A stretch of 64,000 bases of DNA from Curvularia clavata. Taxonomy: Eukaryota. The translations under genes and the position numbers were made by a program. The notes below the pieces were generated by a model. That model did no database searches and was not told the DNA's origin. It was given only the letters and a program-made list of their open reading frames with translations. The number at the start of each line of letters is the position of its first letter. Within the stretch, counting starts at the first letter, position 1. The stretch covers positions 62,001 through 126,000 of the forward strand of contig CP089276.1 in assembly GCA_023920165.1 (NCBI GenBank), written 5' to 3'. Of the stretch, positions 24,310-37,611 are shown piece by piece.

Positions 24310-25422
24310 CGCAACTATCGCAAGGCGCCGTCCGTCGATGAGCGGGTTGAAGGAGAGGGTGCGGGTGATGGAATCAGAATCGCAGCGGCCCCCAGGCTGA
24401 GCTTAATTTCGTTGTTGGGAGGTCGCGTTGGACCCTGCGGCGGCGGGTACCCTCACGTGTGAGAAATTCAGAAATGGGCGGAAAATCGGGTTTGGGTGGG
24501 TGCAAAATAACCCCCAGGGCGCAGCGCAAAAAGGCTATTCAAAGGGGAATAAAATAGGGATCAAAGACAAAAAAACGCCGACCAGGCCGCAAGTCCAGAT
24601 TACTCTGCCTTGCGCTACAGCTTGGTACAGCTATGGAGTCATGGATTGCCGCTGTTAAGGCACCTTCCAATCACACACGCAAAGAGGTCATAGCTCCCAG
24701 TCCATCTGATCACAACCCCTCTTAGCTCCCTTCAGATTCGCATCAAGAATCTTGCTTGGTGCCAGCCGCACGCTGCCCCGGCTACTCAGCTCGGTCGGCA
24801 AAGACACTTTGGTGTAGTGAGTTGGTCTATTGTGCGTCTCAACTACTCTACCTGAACTAAAGCGCGATCCCGTCTCGGTCTCTTTTTCGTCTCTGATCTG
24901 CTCTCGCGCTCTGTACAAAGAATACAGTACTGCCGTCGGACTGGAAAAGAGACTCCTTTACATGCTATATTTTCCTCGTACCAAAAAAAAAGAGAGAGAC
25001 AGAAAAAGAAAATAAAAATCGGTGGATAAAGAAATCGAGATGCCACAAGCGCAAGCCCTCGCCAAGCACACCGCAACGCCGTAAGCGCCAAATAGAAAGC
25101 ACTCTCGCACGCATTGCTAGGTCATGTTGGTCTTGCAACACGGGAGCGTGAACATGAAGACAAGCAAAACAAAAAAAGACAATGGTAGTGATGTTTTTTC
25201 GGCGCTGATGAGGGATCCGGGCTGGTGGGGAAGGCAGTTCGGTCGATCGGTCGTCGTAAGTATTACCGTGGAAGGAGATTTTCGATCCCGTCTATCAATC
25301 ATTACAAGATACCTATACAGGAAGAAAACGTGACCGAGGGGATACTATCGCTCAAAGAACGGACTCCAGGATGCAACGCAAAGGGAAGAAAACTAAGCTC
25401 CGAGCAAGGGGGGCCGCCATTA

Positions 25423-27018
25423 CTACTTTGTGCCGCCGCAGCAGAGCACACCTGCCAGTTTTTGCATGAAGCTGGGCTTTTCGGGCGACTGCTGCCTTTG
25501 TTGGGGGGTTGGGCTGCTGGCGGGAGCTGCGCGGTTCTGCGACAGGTTCTGCTGGCTATGCTGAAACTGCGCTTGTGTCGACGCGCCCTCGGGAGGGGCC
25601 AGCTCCCCCATGCTCTTCCTTTTAACCTGCGAATCACGGTTCATGTTCTCCCTTGGGCTTCTTCCGGGCTGAGCGCGCGTCGCTCCAGGCTTGGGAAGCG
25701 GCTCGTTTAGGCGGTGGTGGTCGACTGGGAGATGCGTCTTCTGTTGCCTGTGCTGCTGGCCTTGGAGGTTGACAGCCATGGACGAGTTTGGGTTGACGTT
25801 GGAATGGTGCATGGCCTGCGCGGCGGATGGGTGCGACTTCATCGCTTCCCAGCCCTTGCCGTTGTTCAGCTTCATCCAGTCGTACTCGCCATCCTCAACC
25901 TCGCCGGTGCTCTTCAGGGCCTGGGTGAAGAGCTCGCGGAGGTAGTCGTAGTCGGGTGTGTCCTCGAAGCCCAGGTTGCGGACATAGCTGAGGTACTTGT
26001 TGAACTCCTCTGTGCATAGTTAGTATTATGGAAAGGGTGGTCCACAGGGGTGCTTAGAACGTACCAGGGAAGCCATCGCACAAGTCCTTGATGGGAGTAG
26101 TCTGCTTCTTCTCTCCAATCTTTTCGTACTTTTGCTTGTTGGTAGCAGCCTTGAGGCCCTGCCACGGCAGTCCACCTCGGAGGAAGTACATGAAAACGTG
26201 GCCGAGGGCCTCGAGATCATCGCGACGCGACTGCTCACGCCCAAGATGGGTATTGATACTCATGTAGCGAGCGGTACCGGACAGCGACTTGCGCTCTCGG
26301 TAGGGGATATGCTGCTTGGTCTTGGGGTCGCGGTACTGCTTGGCCATACCAAAGTCGACAACGTGGATGACGTTGGCGCTCTTGGAGCCTGGACGACCAA
26401 TGAGGAAGTTGTCGGGCTTGATGTCGCGGTAGATGAGATTCTTCTCATGGATGGTTTGGACGCGTGAAAGCTGGGACGTGTAAGCGATTGATGGAGGAGT
26501 CGATTGGTTTCGATACATACCATCTGCTTAGCTACCATGACGACAGTCTTGATGGAGAACTTTCTGTTGCAGTGGTCGAACAGGTCCTCCAAGCTGGGGC
26601 CGAGGAGGTCAATGACCAGAATGTTGTGGAGGCCTTCTTGGCCAAAGTAATAGACATTAGGGATCCCGGCTGCACGAGGTTAGTTGATGGAGCAAGCAGA
26701 GATGCCAAGTGTGGGTGACAGGGCATGTGTTTCCCTTGCAGAAACACGTGCTTGGGGAGAGAAGGCTATGGTCCAACAAGCGGTAAAGGGGGAAAAGGAA
26801 AGGCAAAACTCACGGCAGCCCACAAGGATCTTGTAGGTGCGGTATTCATCACGCAGCTGGGGGGCGTCGCTCTTCCTGGGCTCGAACTTGATGGCGACCT
26901 GCTGCTGGTTAAGCAGATTGGTGCCCTCGAAGATGACGCCGAAGCTGCCTTCGCCGATCTTCTTGCCGACGCGGTAGTGGACGCCGACGACGTTTGAGCT
27001 TGTGCTTCCGCTGGCCAT
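25423..27018 (-). CDS. Casein kinase I, membrane-anchored Yck1/2-Cki1 type
   Basis: [35 protein letters not shown]-terminal LCCGGTK di-cysteine (palmitoylation-type); 3 introns. Confidence 0.95.
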
Positions 27019-28413
27019 GGTGAGGGTGTGGTCGAAAGGGAGGTGAGATGGAAGCAGAGAGAGGAGTGGGCGTGGGCGAGGTCGCGATGTTCAGGGTGGT
27101 GGTTGTTGTTGTGGCGGCAGCGAAGCAGGGCCGTTGTCCGGGAGTGAGGCTTGGGGGGCTATGCAGCCTGCAGACGCGACTGGGCGGTGGTCGCGAGGAC
27201 AAGGGGAGAGGAGGGGGGCTCGGTCGGGCGAGGCTCTCACAATGGGCTGCGTTGGCAGCGTGGTCGGGAGGGCAGAAGGATGGAGGCTCGAGGGACGGGG
27301 AAGGCAGAGAAGAAGAGCGGCCGACTCGAAGGGTGGAAAAGACGCGGAGAAGGGGCTGCGCGGTGGGAGCGAGGCCGTGCGCAGCCTGCATCCATCCGGC
27401 TTTACTAAAGTAGCCCAACTCAGCACAGCAGCGAGCACGGGACCTGGGTGCGACGACAGCAGCGACTCCGGCGCATGGCCGTGTGGTGGATGCATAGCAT
27501 GGCCATCTCCCGAGGCTGTTTGCCCATGGCGTTCCGCGGTACACGGCGACGCGGCGTCAGCGTGGGTAGGTGGGTCATGTGCTGTGTGTGTACATGGACA
27601 GTTGTACACACGCTGTGTTGTTGGAGACGCTGATAGACGTACCTGCAGAAGGCGTCCCAAACCAGGCTGCCTCCGAGAAAAAGCAGCCCTCGCGGAAATT
27701 CGACTTATCCCGCCACACGCACAACACAGGCACACGCGCGCCCCAGGGGAAAGGCGCCCGATGCAGCAACCAACACAGCGCACAAGTCGTCTCCATGATT
27801 GACTGACTGCGATCATCTCTCGGCCTGCCGCTTGCACGCCCGCTCGCACACCGCTGCTCATAGCCACCCGCCGTAGTAGCTGCTTCATTTGGCGACCGTC
27901 CACGGCGTACCGTCGTCTGGCGCCGCCCGCTTCTTTTTGATTATCAGCGGCCTTGGATGACAGGCTGCCTCCAACGGCCACGGCACTCGGCGCTGATTGG
28001 CGCCCATGTCCTCCGGTGCGCTCGCGCTCGCGCCACATTCCGCCCTTGCCAAGCAGCCGCCCCATTGCCCAATACGCTCGAGCCCCACAGAACACAATCC
28101 AGAACCTTGCTTGTGCATGGCACTATTCACCTGTTCATGCATTGCCCGAATCGTCAAATCTTATACACTGCCTCGTCTAGTCATGGCCCTCACGCCACCT
28201 GCATGCGTCGGCACCCTCGCTACAAATACACTGCCCAGACAAGCTGACCATGAAACAAAGACCGATAACACTAGAAAGAAAGAGAGAAAAAAGAAAACAT
28301 TACAGATACACCCTGCGCGCCGCCGGCCACGCATTACCCAACGCCGTCTTGGATGCCTCATGCCTGCCTGCTTGAATACCCGAATACGATCCAATAACTA
28401 GCCCCCCAGCCCT

Positions 28414-31400
28414 TCACGACTCCAACATCTCGACATCCTGCTCTTGACCCACCCCACTCTCGTCGTCGCCGTCAAACGTATCAGACTCAGCAACTTGCTC
28501 TTCTGCCTCGGTTTCGCCCTCGACGGGTGCCCCATTGCCCGTCACGGGCCCTGCTGGAGCCATTGTTTGTGCTTTTCCTTCCAATGCCAGCTCCTGCTCG
28601 TACATGGCTCGGCCCACTTTCCATGCTTCCTTGAACCAGTCGCTGAGCCGGTTCTTCTCCAGGTGCTCCTGAAGAATGTCGTCGTCCAGCAGATTGTCTC
28701 GGATAATAGGCTCGCGAAGATCTTCAGCGGCAAATCGCACGCAGAGCTCACCATGTGTCCCTCCAGCACCCAACAGATCACGGAGGCTCTTGGGCCACAC
28801 AATCCTTGCAAACGGGTTCTCAGCTGCATAAACATTAGTGGGCCACCCGTCACTAGGCATCCATGTCCACTTACCACACATCCGGAACAGGGCCCGGAAC
28901 GTCCATGATACCGCAGTCTCCTGAAGCACCTCGTTGATCTTGCTGTCTGTGATGTCCCTCGTCTGGTTCATGGTTGCCCAGTCGTCCTTGATTGCTAGTC
29001 GCTTCCACACAAGCTTCAGCAGCCCTTCGCGTGTCGTCCGATGAATAGTCTGCCAGCTCACAACGAGCACCCTAAAGGCATAGATGAACTCGTCTCCTCC
29101 CAGTAGAGTGGTGCCGTTGTCGCTGTCGTCGGCATTCATCAAGGTGAGGATGTCAATCATGAGAGCCGGGTCAATGACCTTGTGCTTGACCACGTTCTCG
29201 AATCCTTCCTTCAGAATCGCTTGGTGTGCCGGTCGATCCTTTAGTCGCCCTTGTCCAAACTCGTTCATCAGCAGCTCGACGGCCGAGTCCTCGTCTAGAG
29301 CACCAGTGATGATGGGCAACAGTCGCTCGTAAACCTCCTCTTGGATCTTGGTGTACTCCAGCTGTTGCTCAATGCTCTGGAACATGGCCTCACGCACTTT
29401 CAGCGCCTTGGACTTCTCCCTGCGTGCCTCACTCGGTTGCTGCTGCTCATCGTCATCGTGCTTCGCCTCCTTCTTGCACAACAGAGCAAGCTTGGCCATG
29501 GAGAGCTCCACACGCTGGCACCACGAGTTGGTCTCTTGCTTTGAACCAGCCTCGTACAGGGCCTCAGCCGCCGCCTCGTAGTCCTTCTCGCCGCACACAT
29601 CGTTGATCCAAGCAAGCCGGACCCGCGACGCCTCGGACCGCAGGAACTTGGTAAGCGCTGGTTGGTTCAGATAGTCCTTTGCAAACATCTGGCCCGCTTG
29701 GTTCTCGCTGATGTACTTGTTGTAGAAGGCACCAGCCCATTCGTCACCGTATAGGGCAAAGTACCGCGCGATACGCTCCTTGATCCGGTTGAGCTTGACT
29801 GTGCTTTCTGCCTGTTCCATCTTGCTGCGTGTGCTCGCCTTCTCTGATTCGAGCCAGTTTGTCTCTTCCCAAATGAGGTTCACCAGAGTAGGCATGTCCC
29901 GATATTGCTCGGCGAGCTTCATTCCTTCCGTGGCCAGCCCAATCTCCATCAAGCCCATAATGTGCGACGGTCGGACATTGTTGTTCCACTCGTCCCTGAG
30001 GCTACGGCCCATGGCTCGACATTTTTCGTCGCTCTGCGCGAGACCCCACTGGAAGCGTTCGATATGTGTCTGGCATCCTAGCTTCACCAGACGAGGGTTG
30101 TCCTTGCCAATCTTTTGCGCGAGGATTTCTTGGTAACCCTCCTCATAGTTCTCTACCGCAAGATTGCGGCCAACGTCGACGAGGCTGCGAATTGAACTGA
30201 CAATGTTGTGAGATGACGTCCAGAACGCAGGAAGCATGTCGTAGCCATCTTCTGCTCTGAGAATGCCGTCGTCGAGCGAATCACCATCGAGCCCATACAG
30301 TTCAATGTTGGCTTGTCGGAACTCGAACGCTGACTCCAAAGCAACAAGCATGACGTCAGTGCCCTCGCTGAGCCTTTGCATGATTGAGCCTTGTTCCTTT
30401 GCGCCCTCTTTCATGTAAAATGTTCGCAGGTAGAACCAACCCCAGGGAATCAATACACCGATATGGTCGACGTCTTTGAGGAAGAATTTTCTGATAGTAT
30501 CAGTCTCGCCAAGCTCAGGATCAAGAGGCGTCTTCCAGCGCTCATTCAGAGCCCGCACGATATCACTCATCAAAACCTTCTCTGGGTAGGCGTCTGGATG
30601 AGCCTGTTGATCCTGCAGTTTGTCTTGGTACCAATTCCACAGCTTGTGTGCAGCCGTCATCTTTTCCGCATGCCACAGTAGTTTCCACTTTGTCTCAAAA
30701 GATAGCGACGGGTAGTCGTTCTGCAGATGCGTGATCAGAGTTTGAAGAGCAGTAGTGCGTTGTTGGAATTGCTCGTCCATGTTTGAGATTGCCTTCTCGA
30801 GATGGTCGTATGCCGAGTTCAAGATACCGGCACTAATTGCCTTCGCTGCCTCCGCAGTCTCATCCTCGGAGAATGAAAAGCGTGACTTGACAGAAAAGTC
30901 GATAATGTTGTTGGGAATGGTGCTGAAGAATGTTGCTTGCTCGAGCTTGCTGCGTGCCGTGACCTTGGTTCGCTCCCTGTCCTGGTCGTCTGTTGTAGGA
31001 CACAGCGCGCTGATCTGCAGCAATCCAAACTGCTGCACAAAAATGAGTGCAGTCGACCGCCTGTCTTTCCGCAGTGCAATCTCAAGGGCATTGCCAGAGA
31101 TGGTGACGTCTGGTCGGAAGTATATCGTGTCCTGGAAAGGCATACTTGGTCGTCCAGCATCAGCAAGTAGCTGTGCTTCAGGACTCTCTTCTGCCTGGAC
31201 CAGGGATGTGATACATACTGCGCCTGGGAAAAGGACATATGCGGTGTGTCCGGGTTGTGGGACCAAAAGGGTTCCAGTAGGCTCCTTTGGCAGCTGAGGT
31301 TGGTGGAAATTACGAAGTGGGGTTACCCTGTTGATTACACCCCCAGCCCCCGACAGGACTAGTTCGACGAGAGAATAATCCATTGACTCCCGGCCAGACA

Positions 31401-32669
31401 ATGCCACCAAGACCAGAAGCTCGACCGTGTCCTGTCTCTGTTGCTGCTCTGTTATGGCAAAGTCCAACACGTGCACATCCTGTTGGCTGCGTATCTCCGG
31501 TGCTGTGTCCACCTGAAGCGTTGACAAGACCACATCGTGTACATCCACATCCCGGTGGTGACTATGTTGTCCTGACCAGCTCAGATCCCAAAGCTGAAAG
31601 AGACCATTCTTTGTGGCCGAGATGACGTCCATGTGGCCCTTGGACTGTGATGTGCGGGCTTTTACTGAGGCAATTGTCTTGCGAATCGATCCTCCGAGGA
31701 GACCCTTGAAGCTGAAAAAGCTGCCTCCCGAGCTGTTGGGTGCGCTCAAGACGGTAGTCACAATACTGGGTCTGCCTTGCGAGTCGCGCAAGGTGAGTTG
31801 AGCCAGCCTACCGCTGCTGAAGACCAGGACGTAGCCCGCATGCTCGACGTCTACCAGTTCTGTTATGGTTTCTCCAGAATATAGTTTGACAAAGCCCTCC
31901 ACTCCTTGCTGGCGCTGGGGATAGAGGCTTCGGGTATCTGCGCTGTCGATGCTCTCCCAGAAGTTGATTTTGCCTGTCGAAGGCGCAAGCGCGACAACAC
32001 CAAAGTCGTTTGTAGGGCCATTGCGCACGATGGCACCTAGTGGTAGAGGATCAAATGGTTTGAGGCCGAAGCCCAAGTTTAGGGAGACGACTTTTGTTGG
32101 ACCGTTCGGTGCGCTGTAATCCCACACAAGGGCTCGATCTGAGGTCAGGGCAAGTGCGAGACCAGCCGAGGGGAGGGCGGTGGCATATATGGGTGCTGGT
32201 ATTATTAATTAGCATGCGCGTACAGGAGTGGATGGGGTTGTAGCCTACTGGAAGGGCGGAGAAGCGCTGACGGGAAGCCGGGGAGTTTCTTTACGCTGTA
32301 GTTTGAGTTTTTTGTCTAAATCATACTTTATTAGCATCCAATAGCTTCTGGGCGGGTGCGTAGACGCACAAGATATGAGCCAGTCTCTTCCTTGGGGGCG
32401 CGCTGCTTGGGCGTCGTCTTCTTCTCGCGGACCGGCATGTCCACAAGGACCACGGAGTTTTCTACGCTCTGGACCGCGTGGCCGTTCATCTGAATGCTTC
32501 CATTTCCATTTACGTGCGCGCCACTCGGGTCTTTGAAGGTCTCATCGCTGAGCTTGCTGCGCTTCCGGCTTCGTTGCTGCTGGGGGTTGTCCGAGTCCTT
32601 GCGTTGGCGTCGTCGGGGATTGCGCAGGGAGCTGCGCGCGCTCTGGATGGAAGCCTCTGTGGAAAACAT
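28414..32669 (-). CDS. NUP133: Nucleoporin Nup133
   Basis: N-terminal SSLRNPRRRQR; >1200-aa ORF with propeller region (GKINFWESI) and helical C-terminus (RLAWIND, VELSMAKLALL). Confidence 0.88.
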
Positions 32670-33350
32670 GATGGGCGGTGTTCTTGCAGGTGGTTTGGAA
32701 CGCGAAAGAGCGCGCCGGTGATGGTGTTGGCTCTTTGCTGCGTTGTTGGTGATTGACAACTAAGAAAGCGTCTGTTTTGGAAGCTTTGGTGACAGGGATC
32801 CGAGTGACGCTAGGACACGGAGTTAAACAACGTGCTGCAACAGACCTCGTGCCTTGACAGCCGCCTTGACGCATCGAGTTCGAGTAGCAAATATGTTTGT
32901 CTGTTTGCGCTCTCAGACTAGCACGCATTCATCTTACCATTGAGGATGCTCTGTGTACTGCCGTAGGCACTGCGCGTCCACTGCGAGAGCAGGCTGAAAG
33001 GGGTTCCCTACAAAACTCAGAATGCAGCTGGCGCCAAAGGCGTGTCTCTACAGGAATCAATACACGTCCCAACAACTTCTATCGCTTGGTCACACTAGGG
33101 CGCAGGATCTTGTGTTTATAGACTCATTTCTCGTTTCTCATAAGTTACTAATTACAATTTATGTCAGGTATATTGAGCGAAGGCATTCCATCGCAGCTGT
33201 GGAAGTGGTAAACGAGATGAGATACCCGACACTGTACATATACTATGAAAGAGCCGGCGGCAGTTTACAGGTAACAGCTTCCCACGGGTCAACTAGCCAG
33301 TCAACCCGCAGCCGCACCATACCGTCTGGCGTCGTTTATGATGGCCATGC

Positions 33351-34020
33351 CTAGAACTTTTTGGCATTGTCCTCCTCAGCAATGCTGTTCTCGGTGGAAG
33401 TGGTGCTCTGCTTCTCGAGCTCCTCGCCCATGGGGCCGTGGATCGACTCCTCGAAGACGGGCTCAGTCTCGATGGTCTCGAACTTGGTCTTAAAGTCTTT
33501 CAAGTTGTGGGTTGATGAGTTGCTTCGACGGCGGGCATTGGCCATGTTGGGCCTGATGTCTTCGACCTCGTCGCCTACGGCACCCCTGCGTACACTGTCA
33601 GTCTCTAGTCCAGAGATGAAAGGTGATATGCAATTAACAGTAGATGATGCAGCAACGGACGCATCGGCTTGTTCGGAACATGTGCCAGTGAGGAACAAAG
33701 GGATGCTAGACTTACCAATTGCCCTTGCCGCTGCCGCCCTTTTTGGTCTTGGTCGGGTCAGTATCGGCATGGCCGGACTTGCCAAAGTACTTGGGAAGGC
33801 GGGCTTCGCGCTCAGCAGTGCCATCGGCAATGCCGGCGTGGTCGCGGTCGGTGTACTTGTGAGAGCGAGTCACTGGGTTGGGCAGTCAGCGTCTGTCATA
33901 CAATTGCATAGCTGGGGACTTTGAGAGCATCCAGGCGGCATTGAACAGCCATGGATGACGTTATGGGCTCGAGGGGAGACGGGCAGGACACAGAAGGGGC
34001 AAGTCTAGAATGTACTTACT
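33351..34020 (-). CDS. STF2: Stf2/Tma10-like protein; start codon split by an intron
   Basis: Spliced product MTRSHKYTDRDH...LPKYFGKSGHADTDPTKTKKGGSGKGNW-GAVGDEVED..RRRSNS resembles yeast Stf2 (PKYF..KKQGSGKGNWG..GDE); introns 33873-34019 and 33586-33715. Confidence 0.8.
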
Positions 34021-35406
34021 GGTTGGTGTTCAGTTGACTGTGCAAAAGGTGTGTGTGATGAGAGAAGGTTGATGCGAGGGTGGTGTCGAGCTGAAGTAGT
34101 CGGACACGGAGGTCGGAGTTGGCCTAGAGATACTCTGAAGCGGGTCAGTAAATGGTCTCGTGATGCAAGCTTTGGCCCGATGGCGTCGTCTTGCGTGAAA
34201 TAGCATGGGTGCTTGCGTACCTTGCAGATGTGGATAGAGGTGGGTTGAGTCACGGCAACGGTGAGCACAAGACAGGAGAGAGGCTTCAGTCGAGGGAGGG
34301 GAAAGAAGGGGGTTGGTCTGATCAGCAGCCGGGCTATGTAGGCCGAATGCACTCGAGGCGTATGTCTCTCAAAGCGGGGAAGCTGGCTGAAGCTCCGCTG
34401 CTTCCTTTATACAGTACCACACCTGCAAACGGACCATTGTCTAGAAGATTCGCTCGCAAGGGCCCAACTCTGGCCTCTGTGGTTTGTAGCAAACGGTACT
34501 GGGTCCGATGCAATTGTTATCTGCCAGATGCTCAATCCCCCGCTGGATGAGGGAGAGATGAGCGATGGGGGGTAGGGAGGGGAGCTGGGTACGTCACTGG
34601 TACCTGGCGATGCATGCCGGTCGCGTGCTCGGAACAAGAGTCAGACGCAAACTTGTTCACAACGCCCGCTCCAACCGGCTCAACTTCCTGCGCAATCAAT
34701 TCATCTCTTCTCTCTCTTGTGTCAAATATAGTTGCAGAGAATCTGGCCCTACGCAGTCTCGAGGTATACGGCTTCGCATCTCAACGGCGACGGCGAGGTA
34801 TGTTACCTACCCCGGATTCCTTGAGCGCTAATGCAGCCGGCCGGATCACGCGCGGCTCACCCTATGGCTGCCAAGAAAGATTACAGGGACTTTAGAAACA
34901 CTCTGCACTTGTATCGATGACTACGCGGCTTTTGCAATGTCTTTTCATCTCTTTTAGTTTCTTGTTATATTTCAAGCCGTCAGAAAGAAGCTCTCAGGTT
35001 GTCATTGTGATTCTTCTCGTAAACTACCCAGGCATAGTAGAGTTCTAGACCTATAAAGGGTTAGAGTTTCCGATCTAGACTCTTGCCGTAGCTTTAGAGA
35101 GGTTTCGACTCATGCTGAGTCCCGGTTATTTTGGCCATAGGGTGAGGGTCAGCTCGCCATCGGCCCTGGGTCGTATGACCAATCCAATCCCAAGCGCCGC
35201 AGATTGGCTGCTTGCATCAGCAACGCCCTTTCTCCGAGGCCGCAGTCTGTCTTGAGAAAAGTTTCCCGGCGCGCCTCCGACCTTTGATAACTACTTTTCC
35301 TCCTAAATTGTTTTTACCTCTTGCGCTACACGTCTAGCATCGATTCCCACGTCTACAACATAGATTTGCCCCTCCATTCGCACTCACAACGCCGCCGTAC
35401 CCCGCC

Positions 35407-36401
35407 ATGGCCCCGCGATGCTTGCTAATCGGCACGCCCTCCATTGCAGCGCACCCGGAGCAACTCGACAAAGTCTACGAGATCCATGATCGCAACTCGA
35501 CAGACTTGCAGATGCTTGACCGCATCGCTGCCGGTCTCGTCAATCTCCCCGCCTCCACGTACGATGTCATCCTCCTCCTTGCCGACGCCGACGGCACAAC
35601 CCGCGAAAGCCACAAGCTCCTCGCACGCGATGTCATGAACAAACTAGTCGGCGCATTGAAAGTCGGCGGCGTGCTCAAGAGCCAGGCTGGCCCTCTCCAA
35701 GGCACAGAGAAGACAGAGGCCATCCTCGCAGGACTCACAGAAACGGCAGACGGCATGACGAAGCCAGAGCAGGAGGAACCCGTGTCAATACCACTCAAGT
35801 TTGGCAAGAAGAAAACAGGTGCTGTGAATGGCACCAACGGTGCTGACAGCACCGTCAACCCAGACGGCTCTGTCCCACTCAACCTCAATGGCAAGCGCAA
35901 CCAGCCCGAGCCAGCCAAGCCAAATGGCGTAGGCTTCGTAGACTTCAGTGATGACCTGGACGACCCCATCATTACGGGCGAGGATGACGATATTATTGAC
36001 GAAGACGAGTTCATCACCGAAGCAGACATGGCACGGCCCATCGTCCAACGTATGCCTCCCACCCCTCTTGTGGTCTTGTTGCTTCAGACTAACATATTGC
36101 AGCTCCGGAGTGCCAGCCCAAGCCTGGAAAGCGACGCCGCGCTTGCAAGGACTGCACTTGCGGTATGAAGGATCTCCTCGAAGCCGAAGACGCCGCCAGA
36201 CGTGCCGCCGCCGACAAGGCGCTTAAACTCGATGCCGACGATCTCGCAGAGGTGGACTTTACAGTACAAGGCAAGGTTGGCAGTTGTGGCAGCTGTGCGC
36301 TGGGTGATGCTTTTAGATGCGACGGATGTCCGTACATTGGGTTGCCAGCCTTCAAGCCTGGCGAGGAAGTGCGGTTGCTGAACAACGATATCCAGTTGTA
36401 G
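35407..36401 (+). CDS. DRE2: Fe-S cluster assembly protein Dre2 (anamorsin)
   Basis: [25 protein letters not shown] and [29 protein letters not shown]; one intron near 36050-36102. Confidence 0.95.
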
Positions 36402-36672
36402 GGTTCTGCTTGGGCGGCGTTGCATTACATATGGCGTACCGGTTGGCAAACATGGCGGCATAGAATAGACATGGGGCCACTCAACTAGTCTAGGAGGCAT
36501 ATAGCGCACTCAAAATGACTAGAAGATGAATCATGCATGACGACCCCCCCTAAGCCTGCTCTTGAATACCGTGCAACGATTCTTCACATCTTCCACTAGT
36601 CCATGATCAGTGTAAGCAGAACCGACTTGAGTTGTGCAGCGGAATTGTCAAGACTCCAGACAAGACGCATGT

Positions 36673-37176
36673 TCACACTCCAACTGACAGCTCGAGTTTC
36701 AAGGCCGTACGCCCAGGACCATAGTAATCAGGTCGACGCTCAGACTGCTGAAAGCCGCAAGATGCATACAACGCTCTAGCCGGCTGCCGGCTCTCGTCGA
36801 CCCACAGAAAAACTGTATCACAACCTCCCTTTTGCATTTGCTGGCGGAACGATTGGATCAGCGCTTTGCCCACACCCTTCTGCCTCTCTTGCTCGACCAC
36901 ACAAAGCTTATGCAGCCATGCAAGCCTCTTCATCCGCTGATACACCAGATACCCAACCAGCTTTTCGCTATCTTCTTCCCTGAAAACGAGCAGTAGCCCC
37001 GTGTTCTTCTTCTTCAGCTCAACATCGTAGTTGAAATGCTCTATGGCGGGGAAGATTTTCTTCTCTAGTTTGGTCACTTTGTCCGCCATGGATTGACGCA
37101 GCTTCGGCTGGAAGGAGGAGAAGTCCCGGATGATGAAGCCTGGTAGACCTTCTGCTGGTGGTTTTGCCCTGGCCAT
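36673..37176 (-). CDS. GNAT N-acetyltransferase (RimI-like)
   Basis: LHKLCVVEQERQKGVG motif A; ARALYASCGF..RPDYYGPGR. Confidence 0.88.
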   Translation of the reverse strand: MARAKPPAEGLPGFIIRDFSSFQPKLRQSMADKVTKLEKKIFPAIEHFNYDVELKKKNTGLLLVFREEDSEKLVGYLVYQRMKRLAWLHKLCVVEQERQKGVGKALIQSFRQQMQKGGCDTVFLWVDESRQPARALYASCGFQQSERRPDYYGPGRTALKLELSVGV

Positions 37177-37611
37177 AGTATCTTTCGATGGATAATACTT
37201 TCGAGCAATTATTATTAGTAACTAGGCCCAGAAGTCGGATTTGGGCGTGGTCCACGTGGGCTTGAAAAGTTCCTCTTGGTCCTTTGTATGGCTATTGTTG
37301 AGCAGATTGTCTGTGCTATACGTTGTATCTTGTGCTAGTATCGTGAAGTTTGTCGGTAGGACTACAAATGCTTGAGTGATAGGGAAAGTGGGACGCACGT
37401 GCTAGCGCGTCACACTTTTGGCCCCGACGCGTCCACCAACCAGCACGGCATGGCACTTCGCTCGACATGCGCTGTATCATCCAACATGCAACGCTGCCCG
37501 TTACCCCAACCGCCGCCATATTGCACAATCTTACGGTGATTCGCAGTGCTTTTTTCGTCCAAAGTTTCACAGACAAAGTTTTGAGAAAATACTCAGCTTG
37601 GTGGCAAGATC

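Noticed and set aside
27091..28095. 334-aa minus ORF and 222-aa plus ORF upstream of CK1
   Set aside because: GC-rich low-complexity leader/promoter sequence with no recognisable domain
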